Shown: piece after piece, positions 42,371 through 56,791 of the stretch
Layout of the letters: each line of letters starts with the position of its first letter
Position numbering within the stretch: position 1 is the stretch's first letter
NCBI RefSeq assembly: GCF_009914755.1
Contig: NC_060928.1
From: the human T2T-CHM13v2.0 reference genome, Homo sapiens
Direction: 5' to 3' (one strand)
DNA length: 64,000 nt
Program-made: the position numbers and the translations under genes
Notes under the pieces: generated by a model
What the model was told of the DNA's origin: nothing
Seen by the model: only the letters and a program-made list of their open reading frames with translations
Databases searched by the model: none

Positions 42371-44849
42371 TGACTGCTTTCAGTGAAGTGAAGTGCAGAT
42401 GCTGGGCCAAGCTCACTAATCATGTAACTACACCTCTCCACTCTGACTCCAGTGAAAGGGGGCTTTTCATTTCTCTTTGCCGTCAACTTCTGTTATCCAG
42501 ACATCAATGTATCTAAATTGTTTCAAGATTAAAAAGGAAAAAAAGAATAAACAGAAAAGCTACTGGAGACATGGTCGTTCTAAAATATCTCCACTGGCAA
42601 TTGTGACATAAATGCCAGTGGAGGAGATGATTTTGTAACATCTACTGAGCTGAGTTGACAACCTACATCCTTTCTCCCTGTACCTTAGCGGAACACCCTT
42701 AGTGGAATGCCTGCCACAGTAGCAAACTGCTTTGTCTCTAAGTCTAAGCATCAATTAATGAACCAATACCTTAAGTAGAGAGGTAGAAGAGGCGAAGTAA
42801 AGATATCTGCTGCCATGAGGTACTAGGAGTGAGCAATGATTGTTCACTGACACAACTGGTCCATGGTGCCTTGGATGTTTTCAGGCAAATGTTGGGTTTT
42901 ACATATTCATATGGATCCTTTCTTTATTCTCATAGCTTGCTACTCATTATTTCACGTTGGAAGATTTGTGTCACCAGGAAGACTTGGTGGGACCAGAGTG
43001 CAAGGTGATGGAGGATGGTGTGCAGATGATGGAGTGAGATGATTTTATAGAAGTAGTCAAGTACCCAGACAAATAGAGTAGACTAGGAATAGATTTCTCT
43101 ATTTCTCTTAAGCTATGGAGAAATTTAAACAGGAAATCCATATAATATAATTCAAAATGAGAAGGAAGGAAGAGGTTAAATTATAATCTTTACAAAAAAG
43201 CCTGAGATTGTGAGGAAAATGGAGGGGTTCAATATAATAAAGGATTTCTTATCTTCTGTCTTGGCGAAGAGAGACAGGATGTCCTTGCTAGTTGGGCTGA
43301 GTGATCATGAGAATCAAATTAAGGAATGATTATAAGGGGTGGTTTGATCTCAACTTTATCAAAGATGAGGTTGTCAAGTGTGAGAGATAAAAGTTCCTCA
43401 GGCACACTGAGCACACTAGTTCAGAAGCATTTCATAGATATTAGCATTTTTATTTATAAACACTTTGAGGGCAAGGTTGGTGTTAGTATGAGATAAAAAT
43501 AGGACATTTATTCGGTGGTAGAAAGAAATTTAGCATAAACTAATATTGCAGCAAAGGGAAGTGAGTTTCAGGATGGCCAGCTTGCTTTATGTGCTGGGAA
43601 CTTGCAGGATGTTCTTATTAAACTACTTCCTATTGCATCAGGACTGCAAAGTTCAACATGCATTTATAGTTAAGTTCAACGCTGTCACTATGTGTTAGGA
43701 AATTTGCAAACCAAGGTATGTACTTGCAAGAGAAATCTAGTTCTTGCACTTTGCTGTCTCATTAAGGTAATATGATGCAAGGGGCCAACCCACAATTAAA
43801 ACCGTATTTTTTATTAGACTGAGCTGCGGACTGTGACTTTTGGTATTCTATCATGTGTCACAGGAGGCACTGCATCATAAAGGTCATTCCAATAACACTG
43901 TGAACTAAACAAATGAGTCGACTCTTTACTAAGGTTAGTGCTGTTTAAAGCTGGAAGGCTTTATTTGTCTTAGAGGAATAGAAGAGAGTAAAATAACATC
44001 ATCATGAAATGTTAGAGCTAGTAGGTACCTGGGGCAATCAAGTCCAATCCTCTTGTATCACAGATTTTTAAAAATGGAGGCTCAAAGAGAATAATGACCA
44101 ATTTAAGATAGTAAAGATACTTAGCAGCAGTATTGGTTTTGTAACCCATGCTTTCCAGCTGTCCATTCTGAGCTCTTGCCAAGATGCCAAGGTACTTCTG
44201 AGGTGAAAAGTGAAAGTTTAAGACATGCAGAATTGATATCACCTATTCCAGTTTGTGTGAGTTAAAAAACTAAATTAGTAGGTCGTGTGGGGAATAATTT
44301 CATGACAATGGTGCCAACAGCACATTCAAAAGGAATTTGATGGTCGGCTAGATGCAGGTCCATATGCTTTGAGTATCTGAAGATATTTTGGTCCTTGAAT
44401 CCACAGAAAATGCTTAAATGATATAGTTGTTGACTTCATTTGTTTACTGCATGATAAGGAAAGGGATTGCTTTACACAACACCTATAAGATGCCATTCGG
44501 AAATCCTACACAGAAAAAATGATGCATATGGTGAAGGAGTTACAAATCATGTGCTACAACCCTTCGAAGGAGGAAGAGATTATGTCCACTTGGAGGTGTG
44601 GGGAAGGCTTGTAGAAAAAGTGTTGTTTATTCTTGTCATAAAAGATGCAAAGGTTTGCAAGATGGCAGATGAGGTTGACAGGAAATTTTGGGAAGAAGGA
44701 GTAACATGATTTAACACTTGGAAGAGGAAACTCAGTGGTTGGAAATAGTAAAGAATCAGGTTTGGCTATGATTAGGAAGATTTGGAATTAATTCTACTAC
44801 ACCTTAGTGTCTGTGCCACCTTAAGATAAAGAACTTGTCTCTTCCTCAA

Positions 44850-45070
44850 TAGCAACAGCTTACATTTGCTAGCACTCCCTGTGTGCACTGCTACACGCAT
44901 GATCTCATTCTACTCTTACAACAACCCTTTGCAATATATACTGCTGCTATGTCCATTTATAGACAATTAAACTAAAGTTACACTTGATCAAGGTGACACA
45001 GGTAGAATGCGGTAGGGCTAGGTTTCCAACCCAGCTCAATATCACTGCAAAACCCATACCTTCATCCCTT
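44850..45070 (-). mobile_element. MIR SINE
   Basis: acagcttacatttgctagcactc...atctcattctactcttacaacaaccct...caaggtgacaca...ttccaacccag. Confidence 0.65.
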
Positions 45071-46440
45071 TTAATATTCATCTTCTCCCTGAAATGTAAG
45101 TAGTTGTCTTGCAGCTATGTGTATGAGGTTGGGAGACAAAGTTAACACACAACAACCCAGAAACCAAGAGATAGCATTCTAGATGTTTTAAAAAAGGGAA
45201 CATAAGGGGAAATCTCAGGGCGCAGAATCAGACTACCCAGGTTTGTAGTTCAGCTTTGCTTCACTGCTTTGATTTTTGAGGACAGTCTTACACAGCCTCT
45301 TAAGGGCATTGGAAAGTCCAGGTCTTTGGGCACAGTGTGGTTTACCTCCTTCTGTCTCTTGGGCTTATGCATCAGTCCTGTCTGTCCACCTGAGCAATAA
45401 CTGACCTGTTGGAGTCAGAGGCTCTTCAGTCAAATATCTTACTACCCTGCTGCTGACTGAGCCTCAACTTTTCCCAAGGGTGTCCAGAGCTCAGGAAGGA
45501 CAAATATCTATATGGTTGGACAGTAGCCTCAGTGGTGGGGCTGCTCTGCCACCTCACTTTTTCAGAGCCAGCCTTTTCATTCACATCTGTGTCCCCTGCA
45601 TGGCACATGGGGACGAAGGACAGGGCCTCAGGAAAGCCTCCCTTTGTCTGACCATGTTGTGGCCTACCTTTCTGTTGACATTGACATGGGAGGAGCAAGT
45701 CTGAGAGGTCCAAAGTAAGGCTGTGGAGTCAGCAGGAGGGTCATCCAGAGGCTTCTGTTTCTAGGATTTTTCCAACTACCTTGTTTCACCCTGTGTTGTG
45801 TCTGATGACTTGGCTGTCTGTCTGGCTGTCTCTGTCGCACCCTATTTTCCCACTTTTCTTTTCCTACAATCCTTCGGGCCAGAAAAGGATAGGCTTTTCT
45901 ACACTTTAATATCTTTTAACAATCACAGGGTAGACCCAGAGGTTAGGTGCTTTGGCTTTGGCCCTTGATATACTAAACAGGGATGGGGAGCACACGTACC
46001 ATCTCCTTTGTATCAGAAGCTGAATATTACTCCATTCTTTCTCTTTACTATCCTTCTAGGACATTTTCTAAGTTTAGACGAATGCATGCCATGATCAACT
46101 AGAGCTTTGTGTCTGAACTTTAAAATGTATTTTCACATTTCCAAAGTAGGTAACTTGTTATCATTATTAATGTCATTATATTATCTGATACATGAAGTCA
46201 CCCTCCCTACCAGCACCACCTGCCTTTAACGTCATATAGTAAGAATTAGTGGTACATTCATGTATGTATCCATTTGGCAAATATTAAACAAATATCTGCT
46301 AAGGGCCAAGTTCTTGGCTTCAGTGTGGTATGCAGTGATAAAAATGACAAAGTCCCTGTCCTTAGGGAATTTACCTTCTGGAAGGGGAAGATAAGCATAA
46401 TAATACTAACTAACTCTAGTAGTGTTAATAATAAACAATG

Positions 46441-46755
46441 GGCTGGGTATGGTGGTTTATGCCTGTAATCCCAACACTTTGGGAGGCTGAGGGGGGCGGA
46501 TCACCTGAGGTCAGGATTTCGCGACCAGCCTGGCCAATATGGCAAAACCCCATTTCTATTAAAAATGCAAAAAAAAAAAAAAAAAATAACCATGCATGAC
46601 GGCACATGCCTGTAATCCCAATTACTCAGGAAGCTGAGGCAGGAGAATCACTTGAGCCTGGAAGGCAGAGGTTGCAGCAAGCCGAGATTAAGCCACTGCA
46701 CTCCAGCCTCAGTGACAGAGCAAGACTCCATCTCAAATAATAATAATAAGTAATA
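46441..46755 (+). mobile_element. Alu (AluS-like) with expanded middle A-tract and (TAA)n tail
   Basis: Full dimer starting ggctgggtatggtgg, with a long A run in the linker. Confidence 0.95.
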
Positions 46756-47248
46756 AAGAAGGAGGCTTAAGATCATGAAAAATGCTGTGAGGGTCATATA
46801 GAGCCTCATTAGGGATGAGGCTACTGAATTTTCTATGTATATCTTCTGCATCTTCAATGGCTACGAAGCATAACATTTGCACAAAGTTAGCTGGTTTCAA
46901 ATTCACGGCTAATACCTTTGACAGTGGTAAACTCCATACGACACACCTTTCACTATATTATATTTACTTACCATGTACATATATTTGTGTGTGTCTGTGT
47001 GTGTCTTAATTAGTGATGAATATAAATAGATGTGTAGATAAATAAATTGATAAATTAGTCCAGACTAAATATCCATATGCTCATGTACATATAGGTATAT
47101 TAGTAAGTTACACTATGGTTATTTTATTTTTCTCCCAATAAAATGGAGAACTTTCTGAACATTAAGGTTTAGGTCTTCTTGTCTTCTCTTTGTTATTTTT
47201 CTCTCTGTTGATCCACAGTAACCCCACTTTTTTTTCAGTGTTCTGATA

Positions 47249-48156
47249 CAGCAGGTCCTCAATAACATCGTTTCATTCAACATGCTTTTGTCATAACTTT
47301 TATGAGAAAAACAATTGCTTCTATCCAGGCCCCTGTCTGTGTGCGGTCTGCATGCTCTCCCCATATCTGCATGGGTTTTCTCCAGGGACTCCAAGTTCCT
47401 CTCATGCACCAAAGCTGAGCCCATTAGATGAATGCGTGTTTCCATGGCCCCGGTGTGAGCGAGTGTGAGTGTGAACGAGGGTGAATGTGAGTGTGGGTGA
47501 GTGTGGGTGTATGTGAGTGAGTATGGGTGAGTGTGGGTGAGTGTGGGTGAATGTGAGTGAGAGTGAGTGTGAACGAGGGTGAATGTGAGTGACTGTGGGT
47601 GAGTGTGAGTGTGGGTGAGTGTGTGAACGAGGGTGAATGTGAGTGTGGGTGAATGTGAGTGAGTGTGGGTGAATGTGAGTGAGTGTGGGTGAGTGTGGGT
47701 GAATGTGAGTGAGTGTGGGTGAGTGTGGGTGAATGTGAGTGAGTGTGGGTGAGTGGGTGTGTGTAAGTTACCCTATGATAAGAGGGCCTCTTGGCCAACG
47801 GGGGTCCTGCCTGTTGTCCTGAGCTGCTGTGCTGGGCTCCAGCCACCAACAACACTGAGCTGGAATAAGCAGATAAATACTTAAATGACTTGTTTTAATT
47901 AATCCTTCTTAAATGTATGTATAGCTCATATGTATTTCATGTTTAATATTATATATGCTTTGATCTTTTTTAGAACTTTGGTGATGTTTTGTGATCAGAA
48001 GTATACCGTAGGAAATTATGCTCTTGTTTATATCAATTTGCCTATGGGAAAAATGGTCCCATATATCATTACATGTCATATAATTGGTCATTGTACGCCA
48101 TTTTACTTAAAATCACAGTTTCCAAGAACCTATCCATGATGTTAAGTGAGGACTTG
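47249..48156 (+). mobile_element. MER6 (MER6A-like) non-autonomous TcMar-Tigger DNA transposon
   Basis: TA|cagcaggtcctcaataacatcgtttcattcaac...ccaagaacctatccatgatgttaagtgaggactt matches the recalled MER6A consensus. The right TIR appears clipped. Confidence 0.88.
47453..47765. repeat. GT-rich compound minisatellite (GAGTGTGGGT / GAATGTGAGT units) inside MER6
   Basis: About 310 bp of 10-nt-like variants with higher-order ~30-nt periodicity. Confidence 0.92.
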
Positions 48157-48169
48157 TGGAGTGTCGTAG

Positions 48170-48800
48170 AAGCAGAGATCATCACATTCCCACTACTGGG
48201 TATATATTCAAAAGACAGCAATCATTATGCTGAAGAGAGACCGTCACCGTCATGCTCACTGCGGCATTATTCACAATAGCAATGGTATGGAATCAACCTA
48301 AGTGTCCACAATGGAATATTATTCAGCCTTAAAAAAGAAGGAAAGCCTGATACTTGTGATGACATGGATGAGCCTAGAAAACATTATGTCAACTAAAATA
48401 GGTCAGACTTGGAAAGACAAATACCATGTAATCTTACTAATATGTGGAATCTAAAAGAGTGGTATTCATAGAAACAGAGAGTAAGATGATAGTTACCAGA
48501 GGCTAGGGAATGAGGGGACTGGAGAGATTTTCATCACAGGACACAAAATTTTAGTTAGACAAAAGAAATAAATTTAAGAGATGTATTGTACATCACAGTG
48601 ACTATAGTTAATAACAACATACTGTATTCTTGAAAATTTCTAAGAAAGGGGATTATAAGAGTTCTCACCAGAAAAAAATAATGCGTGATAAGTAACATGT
48701 ATGTTAAATAACTTGACTTACCCATTTCTTAATGTATACATGTATAAAAACATCACATTGCACACCATAAATATATATACATTTTTGTTTGTCATTAGGA
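48170..48800 (+). mobile_element. L1MA8/MA9-like 3' end
   Basis: cccactactgggtatatattc...tggaatattattcagccttaaaaaagaagg...gtgactatagttaataac...cacaccataaatatatatac. Confidence 0.85.
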
Positions 48801-49911
48801 AAGATAACCCAATACATAAAAAGAAATAGAGTTCAGAATCAATGTTCTCATCTGCAACTCCTCTGAAACAATTAAACAGAGAAGTGGAAATTTTATACTG
48901 CACAAATTGAAGAATTTATTTCCTCTTTATAAAGTGGAACGTGAATGTGAATTAACAGTGTAGTTGTGAACAGTGCTCGAGGGTTATTGCCTGTAAGATA
49001 AATGAATAGACATTTTAAAGTCGGCTGGATTTGTAAAATGGAACGGTTTAATTGTGTTTCCCATAATGTTATTTTCTTATAAAGGATTTGCACATTTTCT
49101 CAGCAAGTTGAGAATCACCCAAGAAGTCTTGAAGAACAGCTACAAGCAGACCCTGGAGTAGGATCCTTACAATCCCTTTGGCTATTATATGTATTTTTTT
49201 AAAAAAGGAAGAATCAGCAGTTCATGACAGAAATGTGGATATAATGATTTACGAAGTTATAATTCTAGGCATGTGGTGTTGTGTTATTGATTCAGGGATG
49301 TTAGTGATTACAGGCAGCAGACATCGGTAGTGTTTCTGACTGTTGTGTTTAGTGGCCACATATGATCAATGCCTTTTTGAGGTTCAAGCTTTTGATGACG
49401 TTGAAATGACTATGGAATTATTAGGAGGTATTTAAGAAAACCTTGCTTTCACTTTCTAAAAAGTTTTTATTTCTAAAAAATATAGGTTTTTAAATTTTAC
49501 TATATGTAGAAAAAAATGCTAAACATACTATGTTAAACACGAGGTTCTAAAATGTTATATCAGTATTTATTGGGTCCCTAAATCAGCTGGCAATTGAACT
49601 AATATCTTTATAATTTCCGAAAAGATAGAAAATACTCATAAAGAAGTCCCTAGTAAACAATGTCATTTGGCTTGCTTAGATTAGAGTGATAATTTCAATA
49701 AGTTAATGGAAATGAAGCCAATTCAATGGGATATTTTCACCTTTTTTAATGGATGTCATGAAAGGAATAGCAAACCAGCTGCTCCATAATTTCACTATTT
49801 GCTCAGAATGTATTAACAGATCTTTTGTTTTTAGGTGAGTAGTCTGCCCAATTACAGTTTCGAGATATCACAGAATGGGATATTTATACCCATTACATAG
49901 GTCAGCTTTAT

Positions 49912-50215
<304 letters not shown>

Positions 50216-52119
50216 TTGGTCAGGTTTATAATGTCCCAAGTTCAAAGACCTTATAAATGCTGGCACTAGGATTTTTCACCCAAGGGGCCTAACCCTAAAA
50301 AGGTGGAGACTTAAAAGGGGAATATATTTCTTCACTCCTAGAAAAATGATGTTTTGTTTATATCTTTGATAACAACTATGAAAATTTAGAATAAATTATG
50401 CTATTCTAAGAGGTTAAAAATGTTTTGCGGGCACTTGGGCAACGGCCCATGCTGTTTACTGTTACTGTGTCTGCCTCTATGAGAAAACTTCAACATACAT
50501 AAAGTATAATATTTTAGAATTTTTTTTCTGAAAATAGTCTACTATATAATAAATAATCTTGTAGTCGTTTCTGAATATGGCGTACTATGTCATTCATGTG
50601 CACATTCGTTCAACAATATTCACTGGGTGTCTAGTTTTTGCCAAGGGCTTTGGGCTCTGGGGATGCATCAAAGAAATATGGAGTTTGTACTTTTGTTCTG
50701 TAATATTTTACCATATTTATATACAATTAATTGTCAGTTTACAGAGTATGTTATATTTTATAAAAGTAAGTCCTTTCACAAATCCAAATGACTTTTATAA
50801 TCATGATGTTTTCAGACAGTAGTTAAGTTCCCCAAAACATTTTTAACCTCTCAGAACAACATAATTTATTCTAAATTTTAATAGTTATCAAAGATACAAA
50901 TAAAACATTATTTTTCTAGGAGTGAAAAAATATATTCCCCTCTTATGTCTGAACTTTTTAGTGTTAAGCCCTTTGACAGGTCACTGCTCTTACTAGAAAA
51001 TTAGAGGTGTACGACAAGGTTTTCTCTAAGGCCTTTTTCTACTCTATACATAGACAGTGGCTTCAGGGCCAGAAAGCTGGGCATAAATAAGAAGTGGAAA
51101 GTAGTTGAGGGAAAAGAAGAAAGGGGCTTAGAAATGAATGTTTCCTCCCTTTTCTTAACTCATAAACTTCCATCAGGTTATCTTTCCCTCAGCTAGCATG
51201 CTGCAACTTTCTCTCCAATCCCCTTTCATTCATGTGCATCAAATGCCATTATGTGCCAGAGATCTTAGCTCTTAAAGTATTCTCAGTGCTATTTGTGATA
51301 AGGGGCAGGGAGGACAGATATGCAATCAAACAACTTCTATAGTACAGATCAAGTACTATATGGTGCTATATACAGATGGATGCATCAACTAATGCTGTTC
51401 TTGGGGTGAAGAGGAGAGATAGAGTGGATGAGGCAATCCAATAACTTTCCATAAAGGAAAGGGCATTCAAGTTGGGCTTTGAAATAATATTTAGAATTCC
51501 ATCAAGATGTAATGTGAAGAGGTGCATTCCAAGCAGAGCAAACGATCAGTTGTGGATATTAGAAAGGCAACAAAAGGCATGTATGGAAATTGATGAAAAC
51601 CTCATGTGAAGATAATATGTATGGTGGCCAGTAGAGATGGAGGACAACAGGAGGCTGTATTCCGTTTTATAGTCCATATCAGAAGTTTGCATTTACACAT
51701 TTATTCCACAGTCAGAACACTTTGTTTTGGGAATTTTTTTTCAGAATTTTTTAAAAGCTGGCAGCAATAGAAAAAAGTCCGATGTCAGATTATACAGAAA
51801 ATTAAAATTTCAAGAATTGCTGCAGTTTTTGTAAATATCTGTAATATTCATGAGACCATCTATGGAGCCTGGCCCTGGTCATTCTTCAGGAGTCTCTCCT
51901 ATTCTCTAGTGAGGTTCCAAAATACTTTTTTTCTTCTCTACCTGACATCTCAGCTCTTATCTGTCCCAAATTCCTCCAAGCATCTGACATTACTCTTTTG
52001 TAGTTCCTGATATTCCTCTAACTGAGTCCTGAGGGGAGCCTCCCTGATAGTTGTTGGAGGTGGATTATTTCATTCCTACCAGTCTTTACAGTTCTGTACC
52101 CAGTAGGACACCCGTCCCT

Positions 52120-52373
52120 GATTATTGGGTATTTGACTGAATGGGACCTTCCCATTGACTATGGATTATGGTATTTGTCTGAATAGGACCTTCCCATTGA
52201 CTTTGGATTATGGTATTTGTCTGAATGGGACCTTCCCATTGACTATGGATTAGGGTATTTGACTGAATGGGACCTTCCTATTGACTATGGATTATGGTAT
52301 TTGACTGAATGGGACCTTCCTATTGACTATGGATTATGGTATTTGACTGAATGGGATCTTCCCATTGACTATG
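52120..52373. repeat. 42-bp minisatellite, 6 copies, with an internal palindrome
   Basis: Unit GATTATGGTATTTGACTGAATGGGACCTTCCCATTGACTATG. Copies start at 52120, 52164, 52206, 52248, 52290 and 52332, with few substitutions between them. Confidence 0.97.
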
Positions 52374-52821
52374 GAAGGTTTAAATAAATCATCTCTATGT
52401 TATTTCCCAGCAAATACTCATGAAGTGTGGTTGTTATGTTTTTGTTTTCATAACTGATATATATACAAAAAATCAACTCAATCAATGTAACACAATTAAT
52501 ACCTCTTACTCTCAGAACACTCTCGAAGGATTGTTTTTGTGCTAATATTATGACTTTGAATTTGTTAAAAATAGAGCCAGCTACAAGTTTAGTATGGTCT
52601 TCCTTTTAATGTGCCATGTAGCATGTAACATTCAGAGGAGAAATTTCAAATCTGTTTTCTTAGGGTAAGTTTTGCATCTGTTCATTACATCATTACCTTT
52701 AAAGTGTACTTTTTATACTTAAGGAAAAGATGGTCTTGAAGAAAAGAACTGAATAAAACTAATAACTTGGAGCACATTGGGTATGTTTTGCTCATAGTAA
52801 TCACATAATTATCCTAAGTAA

Positions 52822-53217
<396 letters not shown>

Positions 53218-53564
53218 TGAGTAATGAAGCTTTACCACATGATCTCTGCCTCTTAAATCCTGGAATAATTTCAAAAGGAAAAACAAAGCCTAATGATATT
53301 TAGAGTAGCATGGGACTAGAGGACAACTATTCCAAGAACACTGTTAGATGTGTACTGTCTCACTAGTGGGAATATATATTTTTCCAATATCAGTATGTGG
53401 ATTTCACCGTCTCCTAATAAAATAACTGCTCTAATTCCGTAAGTAGCAGCAGGAGGGGTTGATGTTGTCAAATGCTTTTCTTCTTTCTAACACTTGTGGT
53501 ATACCGTATCGCCATTTAAAGCATTATCTTCAATCATCTCAAAATTCCTTGCACCTTGTGTAAA

Positions 53565-54020
53565 TTATTGTTAGGATTTACTGCACATAAGAGACAAATC
53601 AAAAAACAATAGTGGCAGCTTAAACACACATGAGCTTTATTTCCCATGCAAATAGCCCATGCTGTTTTGTCAGCTCCAGGAATAAATCAGTCCCCACGCT
53701 TCTTGTTTTTTTTCTGTTCCATTGTTCCTGGACTGCTGGTACTCCAGCCATGGTGCCTGCACTCCAGACAGCAGGAAACAGAAGAGGTTAATGGAGAAAG
53801 AGACCTTCCTTTACCTGTTCGATCTACTTTAAAGAGCTGTCTATGAAATCTTTCTCTAAAATATTCACTTCTATGGGATTGGTCAGAACATAGCCATATC
53901 TACCTTCAGGGATGCTGGAAAATATTAATGTTTTGCTGGGCACATTGCTGTCCCCCAATAATATAGAAGTACTATTAGTTCTAAAGAAGACAATAATGGA
54001 TTATTAGGTTGGTCACTAGC
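53565..54020 (-). mobile_element. Old MaLR LTR (MLT1J/K-like)
   Basis: tagtggcagcttaaaca...ctccagacagcaggaa...attggtcagaac...gggatgctggaaaatatt...ctgggcacattgctg. Confidence 0.6.
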
Positions 54021-54079
54021 CATATATCTCTATAATTTAATCCTCACTTTATACTCTGAAGATAGGAGGGTACCTAAAT

Positions 54080-55900
54080 TTAACATCAAATTTAACTTTC
54101 CTAAATTGATTATCATTGGCATAGAGAAAGCTATTGATTTTTGAACATTTAGATCGCACCTATCACATTATAGAATATACATTTGTTCAGAGAGTTTTTC
54201 AGTTAGTTTGTCTGGATATTATAAGAGGAAGTGTTATCATGTATAATTCTAAGACTTAAATAGTTTTTTTTTCTTTATACCATTGAACTAAGTAGAACTT
54301 CCAATACAGTACTAAAAATACTAAACATCTATGTCTTGTTCCATTTATAATGTCCACTGTTAAGACCATAGTTCAGGTAAATTTCTTACCAAGTTATAGG
54401 CATATCCTTATATTTCTAGCCTGCTAAGCATTTCTTAAAAATCAATTATTAATGGCTATTAAATTTCATCAAATGACTTTTTTGTCATCCATTAAGAAGA
54501 TTTTGTGTTTTCTCTTTTAATATATAATACTAAATTATAATAAATCTCTTAATAATACATAATTCTTTTATTTATTGGATAAAGTCTGCTAGCTCATGAT
54601 GGATCGTTCACTTAATGTTTGGCTAAATTGTATTTATTAATGTTTTATTCATTTATTTTGCACCAAAATGAGTGTAATCTATACCGTTTTTATCTTCTGT
54701 ATTCTAGTAATTTGTTAGCAGAATTTTGGTTGTGAAGTTTCTATATTTTTAAGTACTCTGTAATAGTTTGAATATAAGAATTATACTATTACATATATAT
54801 TTTTAATCAGACACTTGGTGCTAATTGAATGGAATTGTTTGTTTTTTATTCTTTGACTTTTTAGTATATTTAGATAATCTACCATTTTAAATGAGGTTTA
54901 AGCAATTTGTGTGTTTTCTAGATCTAGTTCCAATCAATTGAAAATTACTTTGATTTTCAAGAGTATAAATATTTTTTTTCTTTTATAATGTTTTAAATGA
55001 TTTTCTAGTATGGTTGTTATATAGACTTTTTATTATTACTGGTGATTTATATTTTAATGACTTATTTTCATCATTTGTCGAACAAGCAAGGTATACTTTA
55101 CAGATTATTTCAAAGAATGTGTCTCATTGATGAAGTTTCTTTTTTGTCTTAACATGTTAATTTCCGTTTTTATTTTTAATCAGTTGTTCTCTTCTATATT
55201 TTATTGTTGATCTTTCATTTATTTTAAAGAAGACCTAAGTCATTTTATGCTTTACATTTCTTTTATACCTACGTATACGTTAAGTTAAATGTTATTCTAT
55301 GTGTACCAGTGTGGATGCATTCTGTGTGTAGTGTTTCCCATATTGCTCATTTAAAAATACATCGTCATTTCAGAGATTATTTTTTGACTATCCAAATGTC
55401 AAAAAAGGAGGAATTTATTGTCTTTAAAACTTGTTTGCCCCAAGCATTAGATTTTGTTTTTTATTCTTTTGTTTCTAATTTCTACCTTCATTGCATTTAG
55501 ATCAGAGAATAGAGCCTTTATCATGTTGTCTTTAGGGAATTTTTGAGATTTTATTTCTAGTGTGATATATTTGCTTATTATAAATGTCCCTCTATTATTA
55601 TATATAATATAGTTTATTTTTCTCTGTAGGGCAGAATTTTCTCTCCCTGTACACATAGCTATAAAATCATATTGTTTTTATTCACATCCTCTGAGTCCTA
55701 TTATTTGTCTATTTGATCTAACATTTCTACCATGATTGGCATTTGGTACATCACTCCTCATATGTTACTCAGTTCTCTCTTTACATATGTCGATGTCATG
55801 CTCTTGTTTGATATATAAATGCCAACAGTCGTTATATGTCCTTGGAAACTGTACTGTACAATATAAATAGAAAAAAAAAACCATCTCCTTTCCTGTTCAA
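54080..55900 (-). mobile_element. Highly diverged antisense L1ME-like fragment(s)
   Basis: T-rich with L1 ORF2 antisense signatures (agctattgatttttg, agaacttccaataca, tttctaatttctaccttcattgcatttagatcagagaata). Boundaries approximate. Confidence 0.6.
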
Positions 55901-56439
55901 TTTTCAGTTTTCATACTACTGCATTAAGCTCTTTCTTATAGGTAACCATGAATTAAATGCCATATTATCTTATGATATTGTTCAATTAAAATTCAGGCAG
56001 TATATATGCAGTATGTTTAACTTAGAATTTCCAACAAAGAACTTGGCATATTGGTTTAACAGCCAATGATAAACAAACTGGTAGACAAATCAATAACTCA
56101 AAATAATTTCTGTTTATACTATCTTGCATTTTTTCCTAGGCAACATAACATACACAGTTATTTTCATTAAAATTACTTTAGCTTTAAGGATCCCAGGTTT
56201 TCCTCCCCAAAAAATCAAAGCACTAATTATGAATTCAATATCATTAGTACATTTAAATGCAAAATGATGAGGCTATAAGTTTTCATAGTATGCTCAAAAT
56301 GTTTTTTTAAAATACATTTTTAGCACAATACCTTGAAGTCTAGTATATAAGGGAGAGATAAGGGAAACCACAAAAGAATGATAAAAAGCTTTAATGAATG
56401 TATCATTCCATCTCTCTTTTTTAAATTTACATACGGTAG

Positions 56440-56791
56440 TGATATGGTTTGGCCGTGTCCCCACCCAAATCTCATCTTGAACTCCCACATTTTGTGGAAG
56501 GGACCCAGTGGGAGGTAATTGAATCATGGGGGCAGGTCTTTCCTGTGCTGTTCTCATGATAGTGAATAAGTTTCATGAGATCTGATGGCTTTGTAGGGCA
56601 GAATGTCCCTGCACAAGCTCTCTCTCTCTTTTTGCATGCTGCCATCCATGTAAGATGTGAATTGCTCCTCCTTGCCTTTCACCATGATTGTGAGGTTTCC
56701 CAGCCACATGAAACTGTAAGTCCATTAAAACCTCTTTTTCTTCCCAGTCTCAGGTATGTCTTTATCAGTGGTGTGAAAATGGACTAATGTA
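56440..56791 (+). mobile_element. THE1A/B-type solo LTR (MaLR)
   Basis: tgatatggtttggccgtgtcccc...ccctgcacaagctctc...cccagtctcaggtatgtctttatcag...ggactaatgta. Confidence 0.9.

Noticed and set aside
47424-47855. 143-aa His/Thr/Ser-rich ORF
   Set aside because: It is the translation of the GT-rich minisatellite within MER6.
52120-52373. CRISPR-like look (regularly spaced palindromic repeats)
   Set aside because: The sequences between palindromes are near-identical rather than unique spacers, there are no cas genes, and the context is primate. It is a minisatellite.
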